Of a stretch of DNA of 48,810 nt, positions 25,506 through 34,452 are shown in pieces. The translations under genes and the position numbers were made by a program. Position 1 is the stretch's first letter. The number at the start of each line of letters is the position of its first letter. The stretch covers positions 1 through 48,810 of the forward strand of contig JAQVYV010000001.1 of the NCBI GenBank assembly GCA_028708525.1, in the 5' to 3' direction. Source of the DNA: Eubacteriales bacterium. GTDB taxonomy: Bacteria; Bacillota; Clostridia; Saccharofermentanales; UBA5734. The notes beneath the pieces were generated by a model. That model made no database searches. It was not told the DNA's origin and worked only from the letters and a program-made list of their open reading frames with translations.

Positions 25506-26846
25506 ATGGCTATTTTAGGATCATTAACATCCAGATTATCATCGATCGCAGGAAGGATGCGCGGTAAGAGCCGTGTTACCGAATCAGATATCAAGGAAAT
25601 GATGCGGGAGATAAGGCTCGCACTGCTTGAGGCTGATGTTAATCTTGAAGTGGTGAAGGGCTTTGTTGATGAGGTATCAGCTAAATGCAGCGGTGCAGAG
25701 GTAACTGCAAGCCTAACCCCCGGTCAGCAAGTTGTTAAGATAGTAAATGAGACACTGACTTCTATGTTAGGAGCTACGGCCGGTAAGATCGCAGTTTCAC
25801 CAAGCGGGTTCACAGTAATTCTTTTATGTGGCCTTCAGGGCTCAGGTAAAACAACTGTAGCTGCGAAACTTGGGTTATCTTTGAAGAATAAGGGCAAGAA
25901 GCCTATGGTAGTTTCTGTAGATGTTCACAGACCGGCTGCGGCAAGACAGCTTGAGATACTTGCGATCAAAGCCGGCGTCCAGAGCTTCATCAAACCGGAA
26001 GAAACAGATGCAGTAGAAATCGCACGGCTCGGGATCGACAGGGCGAGATACATGCTTTGTGATACGGTCATCATCGATACTGCAGGGCGTGCTACGATAG
26101 ACCGTTCAATGATGCGTGAACTTAGAGAAATCAACAACACCGTATATCCTGCGGAGAAACTCCTGGTCGTTGATGCCATGATAGGACAGGAAGCTGTAAA
26201 TGTTGCTAAGGCTTTTGACGAATCGATCGGCATAAGCGGATTCATTATGACCAAACTGGATGGTGACGCAAGAGGTGGTGCGGCTTTATCTATATTTAAG
26301 ATGACAGGCAAACCGATCAAGATGATCGGCGTCGGAGAGAAACTTGAAGATATTGAGGAATTCCATCCAGACAGAATGGCTTCCAGAATACTGGGCATGG
26401 GTGATGTCCTGACTCTTATTGAAAAGACCGTCGAAAGATACGATTCTTCCAAGGCTAAAGATGCTATGGATCGGGTCAATCTAAATAAGTTTACGCTTGA
26501 CGATATGCTGACTCAGTTCGAAGAAGTAAGCAAGATGGGACCTTTGGAAAACCTTCTCGGAATGATTCCCGGGATGGGGGCTAAACAGATGAAGAACGCT
26601 TCAGTTGATGAAAAGGCAATACCAAGAAGTATGGCCATTATACGGTCAATGACGGCCAAGGAGAGAAAGAATCCTTCTTTGCTGAATGCTTCAAGGCGTA
26701 AGAGGATCGCAGCCGGCTCCGGCACTTCTGTTCAGGATGTGAACAGATTGATGAACCAATTTGAACAGACACAGAAGATGATGAAACAGTTCGGGAAAAT
26801 GTCTAAAGGAAGAATGCCGGGATTCGGTAAGGGCTTCGGACTTTAG
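25506..26846 (+). CDS. ffh: signal recognition particle protein Ffh
   Basis: GLQGSGKTT, DTAGR, TKLDGDARGGAALS, and the Met-rich M domain (GMIPGMG..., MMKQFGKM). Confidence 0.97.
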   Translation: MAILGSLTSRLSSIAGRMRGKSRVTESDIKEMMREIRLALLEADVNLEVVKGFVDEVSAKCSGAEVTASLTPGQQVVKIVNETLTSMLGATAGKIAVSPSGFTVILLCGLQGSGKTTVAAKLGLSLKNKGKKPMVVSVDVHRPAAARQLEILAIKAGVQSFIKPEETDAVEIARLGIDRARYMLCDTVIIDTAGRATIDRSMMRELREINNTVYPAEKLLVVDAMIGQEAVNVAKAFDESIGISGFIMTKLDGDARGGAALSIFKMTGKPIKMIGVGEKLEDIEEFHPDRMASRILGMGDVLTLIEKTVERYDSSKAKDAMDRVNLNKFTLDDMLTQFEEVSKMGPLENLLGMIPGMGAKQMKNASVDEKAIPRSMAIIRSMTAKERKNPSLLNASRRKRIAAGSGTSVQDVNRLMNQFEQTQKMMKQFGKMSKGRMPGFGKGFGL

Positions 26847-26879
26847 AGTTTTATATATTTAATTTATGGAGGAATCAAA

Positions 26880-27125
26880 ATGGCAGTTAAAATCAGATTA
26901 AAGAGAATCGGAGCGAAGAAAACACCTTTTTACAGAGTGGTCGTTGCTGATTCGAGGTCACCAAGAGACGGAAGGTTTATTGAAGAAATCGGAACTTATA
27001 ATCCTCTCACTGATCCGGTTGAAGTTAAAATCGATGCAGACGCAGCGAAGAAATGGCTTTCTAATGGAGCTCAGCCTACAGAAACTGTTCGTGCTCTGCT
27101 CAAGAAGCAGGGTGTGATCGTTTAA
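26880..27125 (+). CDS. rpsP: 30S ribosomal protein S16
   Basis: [42 protein letters not shown]. Confidence 0.97.
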   Translation: MAVKIRLKRIGAKKTPFYRVVVADSRSPRDGRFIEEIGTYNPLTDPVEVKIDADAAKKWLSNGAQPTETVRALLKKQGVIV

Positions 27126-27143
27126 TCACGGAGGGAATGGTCA

Positions 27144-27374
27144 ATGAAAGAATTACTGAAGACTATAGCTTCAGAACTTGTTAACGATCCTGAAAAGGTG
27201 TCTGTGAAACAGATCGATCAGGGTAACACTACAGTGTTGGAGTTATCAGTTGCACCCGAGGATATGGGTAAAGTGATCGGTAAAGGCGGAAGAAGAGCCC
27301 AGGCTATCAGATCTGTAATTAAAGCTAAGGCTACCAGAGACGGGAAGAGAGTAATAGTCGACATAGTCGACTGA
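27144..27374 (+). CDS. KH-domain RNA-binding protein (YlqC-like)
   Basis: 76 aa with GKVIGKGGRRAQAIRSV (the GxxG KH motif), at the conserved position between rpsP and rimM. Confidence 0.85.
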   Translation: MKELLKTIASELVNDPEKVSVKQIDQGNTTVLELSVAPEDMGKVIGKGGRRAQAIRSVIKAKATRDGKRVIVDIVD

Positions 27375-27390
27375 TCTTCCGGGAGTTGAA

Positions 27391-27912
27391 ATGAAACCGG
27401 GATATCTGAAGATCGGTCTTATCACAAGTACTCACGGGGTCAGGGGCGAAGTTAATATTCTGCCTCTGACCGATGATCCTTCAAGATTTGTGAGTGCATC
27501 GGATGTACTGCTTGTTTCTTCGGAAAGCAGTGATCAGATACCCGGGAAACTGCAGTTTTCCAGAGTGTCAGGAACCAAAGTGATTGGAAAACTTGAAGGT
27601 GTCGATACACCCGAGAGAGCTGCAGTTTATAAGTCTTATTACATAGCCGTAACAAGAGAGAACGCAGTTTCTTTACCTTCAGATACTTATTTTGTGTGCG
27701 ATATCATCGGATGTGAAGTCAGAAAAGAAGACGGGTCTATCATAGGTCTCATAAAGGATGTTATAGAGACAGGCGCGAGCGACCTCTATTCAGTCAGCCG
27801 CGAAGGGGAGAAGGATCTTCTTATTCCGGCTGTGAAAGAATTTGTTCTTGGTATCGATACAAAGTCGGGACATATAACAGTTCGGCTTCCTGAAGGGCTG
27901 GAAGAATTGTAG
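27391..27912 (+). CDS. rimM: 16S rRNA processing protein RimM
   Basis: GLITSTHGVRGEV N-terminal motif and a PRC-barrel C-terminus (LIPAVKEFVLGIDTKSGHITV), in rpsP-rimM-trmD synteny. Confidence 0.9.
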   Translation: MKPGYLKIGLITSTHGVRGEVNILPLTDDPSRFVSASDVLLVSSESSDQIPGKLQFSRVSGTKVIGKLEGVDTPERAAVYKSYYIAVTRENAVSLPSDTYFVCDIIGCEVRKEDGSIIGLIKDVIETGASDLYSVSREGEKDLLIPAVKEFVLGIDTKSGHITVRLPEGLEEL

Positions 27913-27923
27913 AAGGGGCGGCA

Positions 27924-28661
27924 ATGGAGATTCGTGTGCTTACTCTTTTCCCTGATCTTATGGATGCAGTAGTGCTTTCCAGTATAACGGGAAGAGCTGT
28001 AAACGAAGGACTGATAGGCTATAGAGCTGTTGATATCAGAGACTATGCAGGAAACAGGTACGGCAAGGTCGATGATTCGGTTTATGGTGGCGGGAAGGGG
28101 ATGCTCATGATGTGCGACCCTGTTTATGATGCCTGGCAATCAGCCGTATGCTCATTTGATTCTGAAAGCAATCCGATAACGATTTACATGTCACCTAAGG
28201 GAAAGGTATTCGATCAGAAGAAAGCGATTGAACTTTCGCAGAAAGAGAATATAATTTTCCTTTGCGGGCATTATGAAGGCATAGATCAAAGGGTCCTTGA
28301 TGTTATCGTTGATGAAGAGATATCAATAGGTGATTATGTCCTTACAGGCGGCGAGATTGCTGCCTGTGCAGTTATAGACGCAACAGCAAGGCTTGTACCC
28401 GGAGTTCTTCCGGGTGAAGAGGCCTATTCTGATGAATCGCATATGAAGTATGCGCTGGAACATCCGCAGTATACCAAACCTGCTTTGTGGCATGGGACAG
28501 GGGTCCCCGAAGTGCTGACTTCCGGACACCATAAGAATATTGAAGAATGGAAGTATTTGGCTTCTTTGTATGAAACGATGATCAGAAGGCCGGATCTTTT
28601 CGAGAAAATGGAAATAAGTCAAGAAGACCTTAATAGACTTATAAACGACTACATGAAGTAG
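27924..28661 (+). CDS. trmD: tRNA (guanine37-N1)-methyltransferase
   Basis: VLTLFPDLM, DDSVYGGGKGMLM, LCGHYEGIDQRV, SIGDYVLTGGE, GHH..IEEWK. Confidence 0.95.
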   Translation: MEIRVLTLFPDLMDAVVLSSITGRAVNEGLIGYRAVDIRDYAGNRYGKVDDSVYGGGKGMLMMCDPVYDAWQSAVCSFDSESNPITIYMSPKGKVFDQKKAIELSQKENIIFLCGHYEGIDQRVLDVIVDEEISIGDYVLTGGEIAACAVIDATARLVPGVLPGEEAYSDESHMKYALEHPQYTKPALWHGTGVPEVLTSGHHKNIEEWKYLASLYETMIRRPDLFEKMEISQEDLNRLINDYMK

Positions 28662-28775
28662 ATAATATCAAGATAGAGCACATATCTGTTAATCCAGAGC
28701 AAGTATTGAATCAGTTAACAATATATAATTTCTCATATCACCCTGTAACGATCTGCAAAATGCGACGGAGGAAAT

Positions 28776-30725
28776 ATGAGAAAATCATTTGTATGGTTCA
28801 TTGCTGTGCTTACTACAGTTACAATTTTGTCTGCGAATCTTAGTAATGATCATAAACATGAAGTACGTGCCGATCAGGTTACACTTCAAATTGACGCTTC
28901 CAATGTCATTAATGCAATGGATCCTCAGATGAGAGGTTCTACGATCGGTATCTGGACAAATCAACATTATTATCCAACAGCAAATCCCAAGCTTGTCAAC
29001 ATGCTTAAAGAAGCCGGTATGAAACTGCTAAGATATCCTGCAGGATCAGAGGCAGACGACACGATGTTTGAGAGAAGCAACACCGGGGAATGGTACAAAG
29101 GCACTTCACCGTATACAAGAAGAATGAGAGCGGACCATCTTGATGCGTTCATTTCTCTGTGCAGACAAGTCGGAGCTGAGCCTCTTATAGTTGTTAACGC
29201 GAAAATAGATAATCCGGCAATGGCAGCCGATATCGTAAAATACTGCAATGTCGAACATGATTATAACGTTCGGAAATTTGAAATAGGGAATGAACCAATT
29301 TACTGGCAAAACACTACGGTCAGTCAATATGCTGATCGGGTAAAAAGGTATGCTGACGCCATGAAAGCAATCGATCCGTCGATTTCTATCCTTAGTTCAG
29401 CAGCACCTCAGCCAACGACAATTAACTCGTGGCTCACTCCTGTTATGAAAACCGCAGGCAGCAAGATCGACGCTGTAACTATTCACTGGTATCCGTTATG
29501 GGATGGAGCAACCAGTCCGTCGCATCCACAGTATCCAAGTATCCCGCATCTTCTGTATTATGATTACGGTCCTTCGGGAAACCAACAGGGAGCCATAATG
29601 TTTTCGAAGAGGTTCGTGTTAACAAACTCCGACAGTCTGACAAACCTTCGCGATCAATACTCACCCGGTGCTTCGATTGGAATAACAGAATTGTCACCGG
29701 TTGCCGGGGGTAACAGTGTAAGCGGTGTTTCTGACACTTTGGGGAATGCTTTGTGGTATGGAGACATTTTGGGACGGCTTGCATATTATGGTGTGGATTT
29801 TGCCAACCAATTTCTGGCGATATCTGAACCTCAGAAGTATGCGATGTCAGATTATAAGTATAATATCAGACCTTCCTGGTATACCTATATCATGTATAAC
29901 AGATATTTCGGAGATATTCTTGTAGAGTCGGAATCAAGTCTGGATTCTGAACTAACAGTTTGGGCAAGCAAAAAGAACAATATCAATAATAAGCTTTATC
30001 TTATGGTCATAAATAAAAATCTTTCATCATCCCATAGCGCAACTATTGATATTTCGGGATTTGGTCAGGTATCATCTGCCCGAAAATGGACAATGACTTC
30101 GACTGCATATAATTCATTGAATGCGTCTATCAATGGTGTTTCATACTCAAGTGATGCGACGTTGGCTTCGATCGACCCGGTCACGATAAATGTCTCCGGA
30201 AGCACTTTTACTCATAATTTTCCGGCTTACTCAGTTACAGCGATCGAACTGACCGCGTCAGGCGACCCTGTTCCGACATCAATGCCATCTCCGACAAATC
30301 TTCCGACTCCGCAAGCTACTGCAGTTCCTACAGTTACTACAGTTCCTTCAGTTACTACAGTTCCTTCAGTTACTGCAGTTCCTTCAGTTGCTGCAGTTCC
30401 TTCAGTAACTCCGCAGTTAACTCCGCCAACATCAACATCGTCACTGCTTTTGTCTTCAGCATCAGTATCAGAATCAGAATCAGATTCAGAATCAGAAGTA
30501 TCCGCTACATCGTCAGAAGTATTTTCAACTCCGGGAGTAATATCAGAGACAGAATCAGGCTTAGTCTCAGACGAAGTTATATCTGATAGTTCAAATATCG
30601 AAGAAGGTAACAAGCAGACCCAAGGTAAAATACCAGACTGGATAATATGGCCGGCGTTATTGGTTTTGTTATCATCATTGTTAACTATACTGTGGTCTGT
30701 CGGGATATTTCGGAGAAAACAGTAA
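28776..30725 (+). CDS. secreted, C-terminally membrane-anchored clan GH-A-like glycoside hydrolase with Pro/Thr/Val and Ser/Glu linkers
   Basis: Signal peptide (MRKSFVWFIAVLTTVTILSA). TIM-barrel-like motifs LLRYPAGSEADD, FEIGNEPIYW (candidate acid/base Glu), IHWYP, GITELS (candidate nucleophile Glu), and a beta-sandwich tail. Repeat linker (T[AT]VP[ST]V)x5 plus SESESDSESE. Terminal TM plus RRKQ. The GH family was not resolved (GH30/39/51/79-like). Confidence 0.65.
   Translation: MRKSFVWFIAVLTTVTILSANLSNDHKHEVRADQVTLQIDASNVINAMDPQMRGSTIGIWTNQHYYPTANPKLVNMLKEAGMKLLRYPAGSEADDTMFERSNTGEWYKGTSPYTRRMRADHLDAFISLCRQVGAEPLIVVNAKIDNPAMAADIVKYCNVEHDYNVRKFEIGNEPIYWQNTTVSQYADRVKRYADAMKAIDPSISILSSAAPQPTTINSWLTPVMKTAGSKIDAVTIHWYPLWDGATSPSHPQYPSIPHLLYYDYGPSGNQQGAIMFSKRFVLTNSDSLTNLRDQYSPGASIGITELSPVAGGNSVSGVSDTLGNALWYGDILGRLAYYGVDFANQFLAISEPQKYAMSDYKYNIRPSWYTYIMYNRYFGDILVESESSLDSELTVWASKKNNINNKLYLMVINKNLSSSHSATIDISGFGQVSSARKWTMTSTAYNSLNASINGVSYSSDATLASIDPVTINVSGSTFTHNFPAYSVTAIELTASGDPVPTSMPSPTNLPTPQATAVPTVTTVPSVTTVPSVTAVPSVAAVPSVTPQLTPPTSTSSLLLSSASVSESESDSESEVSATSSEVFSTPGVISETESGLVSDEVISDSSNIEEGNKQTQGKIPDWIIWPALLVLLSSLLTILWSVGIFRRKQ
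30318..30407 (+). repeat. in-frame 18-nt tandem repeat x5 (hexapeptide T-[A/T]-V-P-[S/T]-V) inside the GH gene
   Basis: ACTGCAGTTCCTACAGTT / ACTACAGTTCCTTCAGTT / ACTACAGTTCCTTCAGTT / ACTGCAGTTCCTTCAGTT / GCTGCAGTTCCTTCAGTA. Units 2 and 3 are identical. Confidence 0.9.
30468..30497 (+). repeat. in-frame 6-nt microsatellite (TCAGAA-like x5; Ser-Glu/Ser-Asp) inside the GH gene
   Basis: TCAGAATCAGAATCAGATTCAGAATCAGAA. Confidence 0.8.
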
Positions 30726-30763
30726 GATTACAGGTGTGGGCTGAAAGGCTTCTGAAATCGACC

Positions 30764-30792
30764 TTGACAAGCATCAGAGCATGTGATACCAT
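30764..30792 (+). promoter_or_regulatory. candidate sigma-A promoter of the rplU-prp-rpmA operon
   Basis: TTGACA (30764-30769), 17-nt spacer, TACCAT (30787-30792). Confidence 0.4.
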
Positions 30793-30794
30793 TC

Positions 30795-30860
30795 AACAGT
30801 TACCGCGTGTAGAAGGCTTTAAAGCGTAAGCTGCCTTCCGCAGCGAGTCTGAATACAGGA
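30795..30860 (+). promoter_or_regulatory. candidate L21 ribosomal-protein leader (structured 5' UTR)
   Basis: Mutually exclusive helices: GAAGGC (30812-17) with GCCTTC (30833-38), versus GCTGC (30830-34) with GCAGC (30840-44). They lie directly upstream of the rplU RBS, where Firmicutes carry an L21 leader. There was no covariance-model check. Confidence 0.4.
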
Positions 30861-30871
30861 GGAAGCAAGGA

Positions 30872-31183
30872 ATGTACGCAGTTATTAAGACCGGAGGAAA
30901 GCAGTACAGAGTTCAGGTCGGTGATGAGATCTTTGTTGAGAAGCTTGACGGAGAGAACACAGATAAATTGACTTTTGACGAAGTATTAGCTGTTTCTGAT
31001 GATACCGGATTTAAGGCAGGTACACCTCTTATCGATGGAGCTACAGTAGAAGGCGAGATCGTTAAGCAGGGGAAACAGAAGAAGATAATCGTCTTCAAGT
31101 ACAAAGCCAAGAAAGGCTACAGGCGCAAGCAAGGCCACAGACAACCTTATACAAGAGTTCGTATCAGCAGTATCAATGTGTGA
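30872..31183 (+). CDS. rplU: 50S ribosomal protein L21
   Basis: [18 protein letters not shown]...[20 protein letters not shown]. Confidence 0.97.
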   Translation: MYAVIKTGGKQYRVQVGDEIFVEKLDGENTDKLTFDEVLAVSDDTGFKAGTPLIDGATVEGEIVKQGKQKKIIVFKYKAKKGYRRKQGHRQPYTRVRISSINV

Positions 31184-31207
31184 TTCGAAACCAGGTAGTA
31201 AGCAACG

Positions 31208-31567
31208 ATGATCACGGTTGTTTTAAGCAGAGATGATAAGAAATCGGCCAGAGGTTTTAAAATATCAGGACATTCGAGTTATGATGTAAGTGGCAGAGAT
31301 ATTATATGCGCAGCTATATCGGTTCTTGGACAGACAGCTATTGCATCACTTCTTGAGTTGACAGAGCTTAAAGTGGATCATAGGATCGATGAGAAGAACG
31401 CTGTGCTCGAATGTAAAGTAATTATGCCGGGTGACCTTGAGAAATCGGAGTATATCAAAGCATCAGCCATTCTTGACTCTTTTGAGATAGGATGCAGGAA
31501 CACGGCTGACAGTTACGGAAGAAAGTACATCAATATCATAGAACACCATGGATTAGGAGGTGTGTGA
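31208..31567 (+). CDS. prp: ribosomal-processing cysteine protease Prp (YsxB family)
   Basis: 119 aa between rplU and rpmA, with GHS...[10 protein letters not shown] (catalytic His/Cys dyad context). Confidence 0.85.
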   Translation: MITVVLSRDDKKSARGFKISGHSSYDVSGRDIICAAISVLGQTAIASLLELTELKVDHRIDEKNAVLECKVIMPGDLEKSEYIKASAILDSFEIGCRNTADSYGRKYINIIEHHGLGGV

Positions 31568-31568
31568 A

Positions 31569-31853
31569 ATGTTTAAATTCAATCTTCAGCTTTTCGCTCA
31601 CAAGAAGGGCGTAGGAAGCACAAGAAACGGCAGAGACTCACAGTCTAAGAGACTGGGAACAAAGAAAGGTGACGGTCAGTTTGTTCTGGCAGGCAATATA
31701 CTGGTAAGACAGCGCGGAACGAAACTCCATCCCGGAAACAATGTAGGCATTGGGTCAGACGATACTTTGTTTTCTCTTGTTGAGGGCAAAGTAAAATTTG
31801 AGAGAAAAGGCAGAGACAAGAAACAGGTCAGTGTATATCCTATAGCCGAATGA
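31569..31853 (+). CDS. rpmA: 50S ribosomal protein L27 with cleavable N-terminal extension
   Basis: [10 protein letters not shown]|[20 protein letters not shown]... I chose ATG 31569 (GGAGG 8 nt upstream) rather than the track's GTG at 31560. Confidence 0.95.
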   Translation: MFKFNLQLFAHKKGVGSTRNGRDSQSKRLGTKKGDGQFVLAGNILVRQRGTKLHPGNNVGIGSDDTLFSLVEGKVKFERKGRDKKQVSVYPIAE

Positions 31854-31876
31854 CCGATGGTTTTGCAGGCAGTCAA

Positions 31877-31907
31877 GGGCCAGGCGAACAGCCCGGCTCT
31901 TTTTTTA
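31877..31907 (+). terminator. probable intrinsic terminator/attenuator between rpmA and obg
   Basis: GGGCCAGG (31877-84) pairs with CCCGGCTC (31892-99), with 1 mismatch and 1 G-U, a 7-nt loop, then TTTTTTT. Confidence 0.55.
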
Positions 31908-31932
31908 TCAGAAAAAATAACGAGGTCGTAAA

Positions 31933-33201
31933 TTGTTTATTGATACAGCAACGATATATGTTAAAGCCGGAAACGGTGGAAATGGTATGGTTTCTTTCCA
32001 TACCGCTAAGTACGTTCCCAACGGGGGACCTGACGGAGGTGACGGAGGAAGAGGAGGCGATGTAGTTTTAATTGCTGACTCGAGCATCAGGACTCTTAAA
32101 GACTTCAGGTATAAACGTAAATACAACGCAGAGGACGGAGAGAAGGGCGGAAGAAAGAAATGTAATGGTGCCTACGGTGAGCCGCTTGTTATAAAACTGC
32201 CGGTCGGGACGATCGTTAAAGACTCTGAAACAGGCAGGATACTGGTCGACCTTAATGTTGAAGGACAGAAATATGTTGTAGCCAAAGGTGGTCATGGAGG
32301 AAGGGGCAACACCAGATTCGCAAATTCAGTGAGACAAGCTCCGAATTTTGCGCGGGCAGGTGAACCCGGAGAAGAAATCGAGCTTAAAATAGAGATAAAG
32401 CTTATAGCTGATGTAGGATTGATAGGATTTCCTAATGTTGGAAAGTCAACGCTGTTATCAGTCATATCAGCTGCGAAACCTAAGATAGCAGATTATCATT
32501 TTACAACGATTGAACCGAATCTTGGAGTAGTTGAACATAAGGAGACCAGTTTTATCGTTGCGGATATACCCGGACTAATTGAGGGAGCCAGCGAAGGATC
32601 AGGGCTTGGACATGAATTTCTTCGACATATCGAAAGAACGAGAATGTTTATACATGTTATTGATGTGTCCGGAAGCGAGGGAAGAGATCCGGTGGAAGAT
32701 TTCAGGATTATAAACCGCGAATTAGAATCTTATCTGGAAGGTCTTTCCGGCAGACCGCAGGTCATAGCAGCCAATAAGACAGATCTGGCTGATGCGGTCA
32801 TGCTTGAAACCCTTCGGGAGGAAGCTGTGAGCAGAAATATCAAGTTGTTTCCGATCTGTGCGCCTATTGCCATGGGGATCGATGATTTGTTGGATGAGAC
32901 TGTCGAAATGATAAATTCTCTTCCTGCTCCGGTAATCTTTGATCAGACCGTTGACAGAAAGCTTTACACTTTTGAAGATGAGGAACTTTTTACCGTAGAA
33001 GAAGATAATGGAACTTATATTGTAAAAGGAAAGTGGATCGAAAATCTTGTGGATTCTACTAATTTTGACGACATTGAATCTTTGCAGTATTTCCAGAGAT
33101 TGCTGCGAAAGAAAGGTGTTATCGATGCTCTTGAGTCTGCAGGAGTAAAGGATGATGACCCTGTAGTAATGCACACATTGGAATTCGAATACATTAGTTG
33201 A
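31933..33201 (+). CDS. obg: GTPase ObgE/CgtA
   Basis: FIDTATIYVKAGNGGNG, Gly-rich GGPDGGDGGRGG, G1 GFPNVGKST, DIPGLIEGA, NKTD, and the C-terminal OCT domain. TTG start at 31933. Confidence 0.95.
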   Translation: MFIDTATIYVKAGNGGNGMVSFHTAKYVPNGGPDGGDGGRGGDVVLIADSSIRTLKDFRYKRKYNAEDGEKGGRKKCNGAYGEPLVIKLPVGTIVKDSETGRILVDLNVEGQKYVVAKGGHGGRGNTRFANSVRQAPNFARAGEPGEEIELKIEIKLIADVGLIGFPNVGKSTLLSVISAAKPKIADYHFTTIEPNLGVVEHKETSFIVADIPGLIEGASEGSGLGHEFLRHIERTRMFIHVIDVSGSEGRDPVEDFRIINRELESYLEGLSGRPQVIAANKTDLADAVMLETLREEAVSRNIKLFPICAPIAMGIDDLLDETVEMINSLPAPVIFDQTVDRKLYTFEDEELFTVEEDNGTYIVKGKWIENLVDSTNFDDIESLQYFQRLLRKKGVIDALESAGVKDDDPVVMHTLEFEYIS

Positions 33202-33227
33202 TTATTTCATGAAAGAAGGAATAAAGA

Positions 33228-33536
33228 ATGCTTAACAGCAAACAAAGAGCTTTTCTGCGCAGTATGTCTAACGGGTTGGATACTGTTTTTCAAATAGGGA
33301 AAAATGGGATATCTGACAATACTATTGCACAGTTCAATGATTATCTTACCGCGAAAGAGCTCGTTAAGGTCAATGTACTCAAATCTGAAGATCAGACACC
33401 TGCAATGACTGCACAGATAATAGCTGAGAAAACAGGTGCGGATGTTGTAAGTGTTACCGGAAGGCGGTTTGTGCTTTACAGAAAATCATCCAAGCTGGAG
33501 AAGGAAGGTAAGTCACTGCTATTGCCTGAGCGTTGA
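33228..33536 (+). CDS. yhbY: ribosome-assembly RNA-binding protein YhbY (CRM domain)
   Basis: MLNSKQRAFLRSMSNGLDTVFQIGKNGISDN...ELVKV...GRRFVLYR. Confidence 0.85.
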   Translation: MLNSKQRAFLRSMSNGLDTVFQIGKNGISDNTIAQFNDYLTAKELVKVNVLKSEDQTPAMTAQIIAEKTGADVVSVTGRRFVLYRKSSKLEKEGKSLLLPER

Positions 33537-33596
33537 TTATACGTTAAGATATCAATAAGTGTCTTCGGACTAAAGATTATTAATAGGAGGTGGCTA

Positions 33597-33755
33597 ATGG
33601 ATAAGTATGAATGTCTTCTTTGCGGTTATGTATATGACCCTGAAACAGGTGATGCCGATAGCGGCATAGAGCCGGGAGTTTCATTCGAAGATCTTCCGGA
33701 AGACTGGGTATGTCCGCTTTGCGGAGCCGGCAAGGATCAGTTCAAGAAACTCTGA
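33597..33755 (+). CDS. rubredoxin (52 aa; below the ORF-track length cutoff)
   Basis: Hand translation: [52 protein letters not shown]. Two CxxCG knuckles and the conserved FEDLPDDW-type core. AGGAGG RBS at 33585-33590. Confidence 0.85.
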   Translation: MDKYECLLCGYVYDPETGDADSGIEPGVSFEDLPEDWVCPLCGAGKDQFKKL

Positions 33756-33788
33756 TCGAACGATCGGGAAATGTATGGTGCGGCACTC

Positions 33789-34376
33789 TTAATTAGGGGT
33801 GCCGTATTCACATTCACCGGAAAGCATCGATAGAGCTGAAAGATAAACACTTTGAGTGTTCGTGTTCCAATTGTTGCATATTCTGATTGCCGTTTCCTTT
33901 GTGGGTACGGATATTCTTATCCGGATGAGTTCGCGGCTTCCGTCTGACAGCACGAGATCGACTGTATAACCACCATAAAGATCAGGATCATAGGTCGCGC
34001 GGATCTCGATGTTCTTCTTGATATCCTTCTCCCAGTCGATAAAGGCTTTATTCAGAAAAGTATGTATATGAGCGGGTATAAGATGCAAAAGACGGTTCAT
34101 TGTTTCGAGACCTACAGGAGTTATGTCACATCTGGACACCGGTTTTCCCTCAGAGTCAAGTCTGGACTCGCCCTTCCTTGTGGAAATCGAAAGAAATCTG
34201 CTTGACACTAAATCGTCAAATGCAGTAGCGAAACTAAAATAATTCATGTAACATGTGTCCATTGACATAGCTGTGAGTTCTCCCAAAGTTATACCGGGAA
34301 GTCTGTTGATTATATAGAGGATCATTATTTTGTTCCTTACGTTTTCACTCTTTTCCACTTCGTTGCTCCGTTTCAT
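33789..34376 (-). CDS. DUF4364-like protein (winged-helix-like N-terminus), divergent from the radical SAM gene
   Basis: 195 aa. NKIMILYIINRLPGITLGELTAMSM...YMNYFSFATAFDDLVSSRF resembles the DUF4364 pattern common in Clostridia. The assignment is from memory only. Confidence 0.55.
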   Translation of the reverse strand: MKRSNEVEKSENVRNKIMILYIINRLPGITLGELTAMSMDTCYMNYFSFATAFDDLVSSRFLSISTRKGESRLDSEGKPVSRCDITPVGLETMNRLLHLIPAHIHTFLNKAFIDWEKDIKKNIEIRATYDPDLYGGYTVDLVLSDGSRELIRIRISVPTKETAIRICNNWNTNTQSVYLSALSMLSGECEYGTPN

Positions 34377-34452
34377 GTGATCTTTCGATTATATCATATT
34401 TGTAGGTCGTAACAGATGATGTATAATAACTTGAAAGAATGGGTTAGTTAAA

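Noticed and set aside
33561-33570. GTC-UUCG-GAC tetraloop-type mini hairpin upstream of the rubredoxin gene.
   Set aside because: The stem is only 3 bp with no U-run. It is probably coincidental.
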